From: Oceanispirochaeta sp.
GTDB lineage: Bacteria; Spirochaetota; Spirochaetia; DSM-2461
Reading direction: 5' to 3'
NCBI GenBank assembly: GCA_963663385.2
Contig: CAXXXD010000002.1
Span: forward strand, 96,001 to 160,000
Length of the DNA: 64,000 nucleotides
Shown here: positions 33,088 through 40,787 of the stretch, piece by piece
Position numbering within the stretch: position 1 is the first letter of the stretch
Layout: the number at the start of each line of letters is the position of its first letter
Notes under the pieces: generated by a model
What the model was told of the DNA's origin: nothing
The model's input: the letters and a program-made list of their open reading frames with translations, nothing else
Databases searched by the model: none
Program-made: the position numbers and the translations under genes

Positions 33088-35181
33088 CTAGAACCGTCGG
33101 ACGGCTCGCACCTCATAACCCCGGCTCTTTAAGCCGTTTAACTGGTCGCCGTCACGGAAGTCCTTATTCCCGGCAGTTATGGCACTGTATTCAGTGGAAC
33201 TCCAGTAATAGTTGTCTTCGAAATTACCGTATCCCTGCTGGTCAAGCTCGTTATACATCGCCCCTAAAGAAGAAGATGCCGGCAGGAACCAATCGCTGTA
33301 TATAACGCCTGCATTGGTGATACTGTACGCAGCCGCTGCATCGGCGGCCTTATTGGAAGTTCCGGTATCGTACTGGATTATATCAAGTGTGTTCTGATAC
33401 CCGTCGCCGTAATCTGTCCCGTCCGCTCCGGTTACGGTGAAGGAATAAGTACCCCAATCGTGTCCGAAATACGAAGTTGTGGCATCGGTAGGCGCTGCTT
33501 CCAGATAGCGCCAGCCGCCGGTATCATTACCCTTATCGTAGAAAATCCATCCGCCTGCCGGTCCCCTGTCCCGGAGAGAATATGTCCCTGGCGCATTCCA
33601 CACGGCATATAGTGTAATATTGGAATTACTCATAGTGTAATAATACTGATCCGCATAGGTTACAGCTCCGTCTGCCGACAGCGCCCACCCTGCAAAGGTC
33701 CAGCCGGTCTTTGTAAATGTACAGGCCGTCAGATTCTCACTGCCTCCGTAATTGATTGTTTGAACGGCCATCGATCCGGCAGCGCCATAATCGTTTTTAT
33801 TAAAAGTGATGTTGTAGCTGTTGAGTTCCCAATTAGCATACAGGGTCGTACTGTCTGCAATATCCCAGTCATGAACACTATTCATTAATCCGTCATAATA
33901 TTGGGTTCCTGTTCCATCAGTTCCGGTATAATAGCCAAGCAGGGTGTGTTCAAACAGAGCCGGAGCTGTTGCGGAAGGCATTGATGATCCGAAATATGCT
34001 ACCACACTGGCAGATCCTCCCGATCCTCCCCGGCTGTCTAAGGTAACCGTATAGCTGTTCGGTATCCAGTAGGCATAAAGTGTCGTATCACCTCCAATGT
34101 CCCATGTCTTCAAACTGGCCATGGTGTTTGAATAGTATTGCGACCCCGTACCGAGTGTTTCGCTGAAGTAACCTCCAAATGTATAGCCTGTTCTTGACGG
34201 CGCTGTTGCCGAAGGCATTGATGCATCAAATTTAGCGCTTATTTCCGTTGTACCCCCTGATCCTTCCTGTTGATCCAGGATTACGGAGTATGTTTCCGCA
34301 TTCCAGATGGCATATAGAGCGGCATCCCCGGCTCCTATCTGGAAACTGCTGCCGGGGGCTCTCGGGATTCCATTACCGTCTGCCTGAGTATCCCAGCGGC
34401 TGAAAGTATAGCCGGTTCTTGTCATAGTTCCCGGACCGTATACATAGACGATCGCACCTTCTTCATAATTGTTTTTGTCATCGGGAGCGCTTGCCCCGTC
34501 AGAACCGTTTCCGTCGTATATGACATTATAGGTTGGATTATAGGTCCACTGGGCATAGAGGGTAATATCATCTGCCGGCATGGTAAAACTGCTGTCTACA
34601 AGGTAATCTGTGCCGCTTCCGTCGGCTTTTGTGTTCCAGCCGACAAAAGAAGCCGCTGTCAAAGACAGGGTTCCCTTGCTTTTTACCGTTACAGTCTGTC
34701 CCTCCTCGTAATTAATGGCGTCGCTGGGAGCCTCTCCTCCGTCATTTCCATTCCCGTTATATGTGACATTGTAGACAGGATTGGCCGACCACTGGGCATA
34801 CAGTGTGATATCTTCCGTTCCGATGATGATACTGTCGCCTTCACCGTAAGCATCGGAACTTCCGTCTTTGGCGGTATTCCAGCTGGTGAAGGAGTATCCC
34901 TCTTTCGACAGTCCGTTTGTATTTCCCAGTACAGTTGCGGTCGACCCTTCTTCGTAGCTGTTGCTGTCTTCGGGAACAAGTCCTGCCGTGTTTCCATTAC
35001 CATCGTATATTACCGAGAATCCCGGGACTGTTTTATCGGCCTTAAAGTCTTCTTCAATCTGTTTTTCGATTGCGTCAAGATAGGGTGAATCCAGTTTACA
35101 GGCTCCGAATATCATCGGAAGGCAAACGGATAAGAGGACAATAGCTGTTGAAATACTGGAAATTCCGGGTTTCTTTTTCAT
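33088..35181 (-). CDS. Lipoprotein with six InlB B-repeat (Listeria-Bacteroides) domains and a C-terminal DUF1566/Lcl-like domain
   Basis: Lipobox IFGA-C; about 80-aa repeats V.YDGNG...GY.F..WNT..DGSG...TLYAQW; C-terminal GPAGGWIFYD, WFLP, YYWSSTE, VRAVRRF. Confidence 0.85.
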   Translation of the reverse strand: MKKKPGISSISTAIVLLSVCLPMIFGACKLDSPYLDAIEKQIEEDFKADKTVPGFSVIYDGNGNTAGLVPEDSNSYEEGSTATVLGNTNGLSKEGYSFTSWNTAKDGSSDAYGEGDSIIIGTEDITLYAQWSANPVYNVTYNGNGNDGGEAPSDAINYEEGQTVTVKSKGTLSLTAASFVGWNTKADGSGTDYLVDSSFTMPADDITLYAQWTYNPTYNVIYDGNGSDGASAPDDKNNYEEGAIVYVYGPGTMTRTGYTFSRWDTQADGNGIPRAPGSSFQIGAGDAALYAIWNAETYSVILDQQEGSGGTTEISAKFDASMPSATAPSRTGYTFGGYFSETLGTGSQYYSNTMASLKTWDIGGDTTLYAYWIPNSYTVTLDSRGGSGGSASVVAYFGSSMPSATAPALFEHTLLGYYTGTDGTGTQYYDGLMNSVHDWDIADSTTLYANWELNSYNITFNKNDYGAAGSMAVQTINYGGSENLTACTFTKTGWTFAGWALSADGAVTYADQYYYTMSNSNITLYAVWNAPGTYSLRDRGPAGGWIFYDKGNDTGGWRYLEAAPTDATTSYFGHDWGTYSFTVTGADGTDYGDGYQNTLDIIQYDTGTSNKAADAAAAYSITNAGVIYSDWFLPASSSLGAMYNELDQQGYGNFEDNYYWSSTEYSAITAGNKDFRDGDQLNGLKSRGYEVRAVRRF

Positions 35182-37301
35182 TACTCTTCCTCCTCCCATA
35201 GCATTGTATCCCTGATACCGCTTGCATCGGCCGCTCTGGTGGCATCTTCTCCCTTCAGGTCAAGGTAGGCATACTTCTCTGCCAGATCGGGATTGAGCTC
35301 TTTAATTTCGTCGAATGTCTTTTTTGACAGGTAGTAATTTTCGAGTTCATGCGCACAGCGGGTAATCCCCAGGAGGGCCGACCAGTTGTGTTCTTTTTTC
35401 TCCGCTGCCCTCTGGTAATAGCCCAGAGCCTCTTCATACTGTTTCCGGAGATACAGGATATTGCCCAGGTTTGTAAGGGCCGGTGCATATTCCAGCTGTG
35501 ACAGAGCAGCCCTGAAATTCTCTTCTGCCTCTTCGTATAATCCGTATCTGGCATGCAGTACGGCTATCCTGTTTCGTGTCCTCATATCATTCGGGTCTTC
35601 CACCAGTTTCTGCTGTAAGGCATTTAACCGCGGCTGAATCTCCTTTCTGACAAATCTGTTTATTGTTTTTACGAATTGACTGGTTACACCCTGTTTATCC
35701 GGCAGACGCAGACTGTCTTCTCCCTCCCGGAAACCCACCGCCTGGTAGAGTTTCCAGGCCTCCCGTACCGGGTATAGAACCGCTTGTTCTTTCCCTTTGT
35801 TTTCCCTCCACTCTTTGGCGCCGGTAGCCCAGGCTTCATCGAAGCTCTCCTGAAACATTGTGATTTCGACAGGAATCCATGCCTTGTTCTCCAGAAAGAT
35901 AAGTTCATTCTGATCACTGAAATTATTTGGGGCCTCATCCTCGGCGCATTTCAGAGCAAATGCGGCGTAGATATGCCCGGGAACTGTAACAAACGCTGTT
36001 TCCACACCCACCGATTCCAGAAGGGATGTGTAGAGGGCTGTCAGATCATCGCAATCTCCATTGGTATATTGCAGGGTCTGTCTGGGGAACTGTAGAAAAT
36101 CTATAGCTTCCGTTTCTTCGGAGAACTCCGAGAAAGGGGTGGTCGGGTCAATTTCATAACGGATACCATAGTTTTTTACTGCTTCGAATACGGCCATTCC
36201 CTTCTGGAGGTTTTCATCAATCGCCGGATTCTGGCTCTCTTTTATCCAGGTCATGACGTTTTTGGAAAAATTCATGATTTCGGGGTCTTTGGCGGTTATA
36301 AAGGAAGCGATACGGCGGTCGTCATTCCATGAGAGGGCGTTTCTGTTATAGAACTCCAGTATGCCGGTTATGTCTTTGGAGAATGTCTTCTTCTGGGAAG
36401 AGCGATTTACCATGATTCTGGCAGATACTTTGGTTCCTTCCGTAATTTCCAGCAGATCGTCCGTGAACAAAGCGAAGAGCTCGACAGTTCTCTCTTCTCC
36501 CGCCTTAAGTTGAAAAGGTTCGCAGACGGGCATGGGATTATCCATATACTGTTCTACAAAGAATTCCACATCAATATTTTCGGCAGTGCTGTTTGATGTG
36601 TTCCGTATGTTTATGGTTCCGATGGGATTGCTCCCGTAGTAGGAATAGAGTACCGGGAACAGGGGAATCAGTCTGATATTTCCCATATCCAGGTCCAATC
36701 CTTCCCTTTTTAGTTCCGGGTAATCGAGGTGTACCGCAAGATGGAAACTCACCCCATTATAGAGGTTATTGTAATAGTCGTAGGAAACCCCGGTTCCCAA
36801 TGTGAATGGACCAGCAATACGGAACAGGACTCCCGCATCGGCACTGAGGACCAGGCCGCTTCCATTGGAATCATCCGCATCCCATCCACCGCCGGGATTC
36901 CAGTAGTAGTATCCGGCCTGACCGCCGGAGAAAAGGGACAGCCTGTCATTAAGGGGGTATCGGAAAACCGGCCCCGCCGAAGCCGAGACTGTCCATACTG
37001 CATTATCTGATTTGGCATAGGACTCCAGAGGAAGGAAAAGATAATCGAAGACCGCTTCGGTTCCGAAATATTTCCAGGCCTCCGGTATGAATGTGAAAGA
37101 GGCGTCTACACCACCTCCGAAATCAAAAACATCAGAGCTTGATCCGAGAGGGAGCGACCCGTAGGGGATCATGGCGTAGGAGTATTGATTATCCGGTTGC
37201 CGGGAGAGCTGTGGTCCGGGAAAAATCTGTTCCATTTGCTGGCAGAAAAGAGTCGTACTGAATAGAAGAGACAGAATTACTATAAATATTGAGGGTTTCA
37301 T
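35181..37301 (-). CDS. Exported protein: predicted OM beta-barrel, Ig-like, transglutaminase-like and TPR domains
   Basis: Signal peptide; alternating aromatic/Gly beta strands at about aa 40-190; GDCDDL...PGHIY...WIPVEIT; C-terminal TPRs. TAATG coupling to the lipoprotein gene. Confidence 0.75.
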   Translation of the reverse strand: MKPSIFIVILSLLFSTTLFCQQMEQIFPGPQLSRQPDNQYSYAMIPYGSLPLGSSSDVFDFGGGVDASFTFIPEAWKYFGTEAVFDYLFLPLESYAKSDNAVWTVSASAGPVFRYPLNDRLSLFSGGQAGYYYWNPGGGWDADDSNGSGLVLSADAGVLFRIAGPFTLGTGVSYDYYNNLYNGVSFHLAVHLDYPELKREGLDLDMGNIRLIPLFPVLYSYYGSNPIGTINIRNTSNSTAENIDVEFFVEQYMDNPMPVCEPFQLKAGEERTVELFALFTDDLLEITEGTKVSARIMVNRSSQKKTFSKDITGILEFYNRNALSWNDDRRIASFITAKDPEIMNFSKNVMTWIKESQNPAIDENLQKGMAVFEAVKNYGIRYEIDPTTPFSEFSEETEAIDFLQFPRQTLQYTNGDCDDLTALYTSLLESVGVETAFVTVPGHIYAAFALKCAEDEAPNNFSDQNELIFLENKAWIPVEITMFQESFDEAWATGAKEWRENKGKEQAVLYPVREAWKLYQAVGFREGEDSLRLPDKQGVTSQFVKTINRFVRKEIQPRLNALQQKLVEDPNDMRTRNRIAVLHARYGLYEEAEENFRAALSQLEYAPALTNLGNILYLRKQYEEALGYYQRAAEKKEHNWSALLGITRCAHELENYYLSKKTFDEIKELNPDLAEKYAYLDLKGEDATRAADASGIRDTMLWEEEE

Positions 37302-37374
37302 ATCTTCCTCCCCTGTTATTAATGGTAAAACCGTTCAGGGGAAATAACACTGTACCAAAGTGCAAAGGGCTTTA

Positions 37375-38706
37375 TTATTTTCTGTTTTTCATAAGAAGAG
37401 GGAAGGATGTCGATTCCGTTTTCCGGTCCGGAAAGAGTTTATAGGACTCCAGCATCCGGAAGAGTTCAATGCGGTTACGTACCTGGAGTTTGGTGTATAT
37501 GGAACTGTTGTGGTATTTTACGGTCCGCAGGGAGATTCCGAGATGCTCCGCTATCTCCCGTCCTTTCCTTCCTGCGATAAGAAGCTGGAGTACTTCCATC
37601 TCTTTCTCCGTCAGGGGAAAGAGGGCTCTGAACCTTATATGATCATTTATCTGTCTTCCCAGGAGGGATATCCCGAGATTGTCACCATAGGCATCTTTAA
37701 TAAGGGAAAATTTCAGGTCCAGCCATACAGACTTGCTTCCTGCTGCCTGAACACGGCAGGAAAAGTCCTGAATCTCCTCCCGGACAAGACGTTTCAGGTC
37801 TGTTGAAAGGGAAGGACTGAGGTTTATCATCTCCTTCATATCCTCCCCTGTTACAGTCGGCAGTGCTTCTCTCCCGCCGGCAGAGTCGTCTTTCGCGGAA
37901 GAGAATAAACGTTCCGCCGCTCTGTTAAGAAAAACAGGCGAGTAATCCGTATCCAGAAGAATGACCGGTTCGTCGATATTATTCAGAATGTCCCTGCTGG
38001 CATTCTCCGGCTTCCAGGAAAGGAAGTTATACCGCGCTACAGCGTAGCCGACTCCGGAAATCCAGAGTATCCCGAAGATAGGAGAGATAGCGATTGACTG
38101 CCAGTTGGTAAGAAGGGGCAGAATAAAGGGCTCTACATTAAAGAGTACTATCGAAGCCATCATGGAAATAACCAGCAGAAGAGCCTGTTTCTTCTCCCGT
38201 TTACTGCCGGTATTCTTTCTCCATCGGAGCATCAGTATCATGGAAATCACATAGTAGGAGAGATAATTAAGCATCAGAAGCAGCAGGGCCGGGGATCCCA
38301 GGTCGGGGACGGCAGTCCATAAGTTCCCGGTTTTGACAAAGTCTCTGTATACGAGGAGTCCTGTCCAGCTTCTATACAGGAAGCAGAAAGACGGCAGATA
38401 GATTAAAAGTATATACTTGCCGGAAAAAATCTTTTTATTGATTCCGGTAATTCTGAGGGTGAAATGGAGTGTAAAGGCGTGGAGGAATATGAACCCCGAA
38501 GAGCTTAGCTTATAGAATAGAAAAACCTCTTCCCTGGTATTTGCCGAGTATCCGAGGGCTGCTGCCAGCAGCCAGTTGCAAAGACACAGGGTCATGCAGA
38601 GGAAAAGCCGGTTAACAACGGATTCTGGATTCTTCTGGTATACGTAAATCCCTTCGGTCAGGGTGATTGTGAAAACAATCGTCGCTATAAAGGACAGGTA
38701 ATTCAT
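37375..38706 (-). CDS. Membrane one-component regulator: HisKA_7TM-like, PAS, LuxR HTH
   Basis: About 7 TM segments, ILNNIDEPVILLD PAS start, LTEKEMEVLQLLIAG...IAEHLGISLRTVKYHNSSIYTKL. Confidence 0.87.
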   Translation of the reverse strand: MNYLSFIATIVFTITLTEGIYVYQKNPESVVNRLFLCMTLCLCNWLLAAALGYSANTREEVFLFYKLSSSGFIFLHAFTLHFTLRITGINKKIFSGKYILLIYLPSFCFLYRSWTGLLVYRDFVKTGNLWTAVPDLGSPALLLLMLNYLSYYVISMILMLRWRKNTGSKREKKQALLLVISMMASIVLFNVEPFILPLLTNWQSIAISPIFGILWISGVGYAVARYNFLSWKPENASRDILNNIDEPVILLDTDYSPVFLNRAAERLFSSAKDDSAGGREALPTVTGEDMKEMINLSPSLSTDLKRLVREEIQDFSCRVQAAGSKSVWLDLKFSLIKDAYGDNLGISLLGRQINDHIRFRALFPLTEKEMEVLQLLIAGRKGREIAEHLGISLRTVKYHNSSIYTKLQVRNRIELFRMLESYKLFPDRKTESTSFPLLMKNRK

Positions 38707-38710
38707 ATTT

Positions 38711-39865
38711 TTACAAATCCTCAAAACAGACAGTCTTGTTCCGCCCCGTTTTCTTGGCTTCATAAAGCGCTTTATCCGCTCTTTCAAAAAGAACGGAGGG
38801 ATTATGATCTTTTCGGGGGATCATGGTTGTAATCCCGAAACTGCAGGAAACAATCCCGATATTCGGGTTTCCCTCATGGAGAATTTTTTCATCTGCAATA
38901 CAGTTTCTGATTGTCTCGCAGAACAGAAAGGATTTCTCCGGGTCGGACTCGGGGAGGAGTATAATAAATTCCTCACCTCCATAACGGGCTGCCAGATCAG
39001 TTATGCGTTTGCAGCAATTTTTCAGAATGTCCGCCAATTTTCTGAGGCATACATCCCCCTGCTGATGCCCATACAGGTCATTGAAGTTTTTAAAATGGTC
39101 CACATCCAGTACAATCATGGTAAGGGGGTTGCCGTTTCTCACGGCTCTATTCCACTCTGCTTCCAGTGTATCCTTATATTTTCTTTTATTGGCAAGACCT
39201 GTCAGGCTGTCTGTTTCGCTGAGGGACCTGAGTTCTTCATTGGCCGATAAAAGAGACTGTTCCATACGGCTGTTTTCTACAAAGAAATAGAGAGAAAACA
39301 GAAACACTGTTATCAGGGATCCGACAATAGACGAGTATCTGTAAAGCAGCAGCAGTCTGGTGGAATAGGAGTATTGGATCCCGCCCAGTTCGAATATCAC
39401 TATGGAAAGGATAGTTAGAAAAACAGTAAGGAGATCGTAGAAAACTACCTTTTTCCATTCCCTGTTGCTGTAAAGAAACATAGGAGAAATAATACAGGCG
39501 AAGAAGAAGTGGATGAGCCCGGCCTGCGGTCCCATAACAACTGTGATGGCAGCTACATAAAAGTTTCCTGCCAGAAGGATCAGCCTTCTGGTCAGTATAT
39601 AGTATTCTTCTGTGTCAAGAAGGAGGATAATTCCGAAAACCGTGATTCCGCAACACTGGAGAAGAGCGGATTTGCAGGCGTGGAAGATCAGGGCAAGGAT
39701 CATGAAGATGGTTACAAGAGTTATAACGAGAAGACTCATAAATCTCACTATTCGCACGATTTTTTTCTGCTTCTCTTCCTGTTTCGTAAGGGGTAAATCC
39801 TGTTTCAGAGGAGAATGAAATTCGGCATTATCCATATAGTATATGCTACGCGTTTTATTAATCAT
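38711..39865 (-). CDS. Membrane diguanylate cyclase (start uncertain: 39865 or 39835)
   Basis: About 6 TM segments, DSLTGLANK, RYGGEEF with I-site RITD. Confidence 0.88.
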   Translation of the reverse strand: MINKTRSIYYMDNAEFHSPLKQDLPLTKQEEKQKKIVRIVRFMSLLVITLVTIFMILALIFHACKSALLQCCGITVFGIILLLDTEEYYILTRRLILLAGNFYVAAITVVMGPQAGLIHFFFACIISPMFLYSNREWKKVVFYDLLTVFLTILSIVIFELGGIQYSYSTRLLLLYRYSSIVGSLITVFLFSLYFFVENSRMEQSLLSANEELRSLSETDSLTGLANKRKYKDTLEAEWNRAVRNGNPLTMIVLDVDHFKNFNDLYGHQQGDVCLRKLADILKNCCKRITDLAARYGGEEFIILLPESDPEKSFLFCETIRNCIADEKILHEGNPNIGIVSCSFGITTMIPRKDHNPSVLFERADKALYEAKKTGRNKTVCFEDL

Positions 39866-39959
39866 TATCAAATTCCGCTTCTTCAGAAAGGTCTTATGGA
39901 AAAAGATTCCCCATGAGGATATTATAAACACTGAACTGATTAAATGGAAAGGCATTGTC

Positions 39960-40715
39960 ATGAAACTATCGGATAAAATGAAGCAGGCCGGGTGGGTAAT
40001 CCTTAAGGAAAGAAATGGCTCTTATACCGTATATGGGTCAAATACACAGGAATACCGTTATGATGCCCTGCGGAACAGCTGGTCCGAGGATCTGAAGACT
40101 ATAGAACTTGCCCTGGAAGAGGATTTAAAAGGGAATCCTTCTACCGGGAGCTGCTCAGGGCGGTCTCCCTTTGTCATTTCATCCAGACTGACTGCCCTGA
40201 ACCATACAAAACAAATCTCTCAACCGGTAAAATATCTCTGTTCCGAGGGTTTTTTTACGGGAAAATCCATACTGCATCTGGGTACCGGTCTGGATCGTTT
40301 TGCGGGAAGTGCCATGCTGAAGGCGGGCTGTTCCGGTGTAGCCGATTATGATCCGAATTTCTTCCCCGACAGGTCTGTACTGAGCCGTAAATACGATATT
40401 GTCATGGCTCACTATGTTTTGAATATCCTTCCTCCGGCGGATAGAAAACAGGTTTATGCTCTGATTCAGCAGACTCTGAATGATTCCGGACGGGCCTACC
40501 TTACGGTACAGGGAATCTGGCCGGTGGAACACAAGTATGAGATCCTCGGCCCTCTGGAGGACGGTTTTGAAATCCGGACAGGCCTTAACAGGACCTTCCG
40601 GAAAGGGTACAGTCCGGAAGGGTTTCTGGATGAGATAAGAACCGAACTGGGCGGTACCTCCCGCATCCTCACAACCTTTTACAGCAATACCCTGGCGGAA
40701 TGGTGCAGGAGGTAA
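39960..40715 (+). CDS. Class I SAM-dependent methyltransferase-like protein
   Basis: SILHLGTG (motif I-like), YDPNFFP, YDIVMAHYVLNIL, TFRKGYS. Confidence 0.7.
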   Translation: MKLSDKMKQAGWVILKERNGSYTVYGSNTQEYRYDALRNSWSEDLKTIELALEEDLKGNPSTGSCSGRSPFVISSRLTALNHTKQISQPVKYLCSEGFFTGKSILHLGTGLDRFAGSAMLKAGCSGVADYDPNFFPDRSVLSRKYDIVMAHYVLNILPPADRKQVYALIQQTLNDSGRAYLTVQGIWPVEHKYEILGPLEDGFEIRTGLNRTFRKGYSPEGFLDEIRTELGGTSRILTTFYSNTLAEWCRR

Positions 40716-40787
40716 GCCTCAGCCGCTTTTGATTAACGGTTCTTTCCCGGTAGACGACAGGGGCTCTTGGTATAAGGGCGTACTGCT

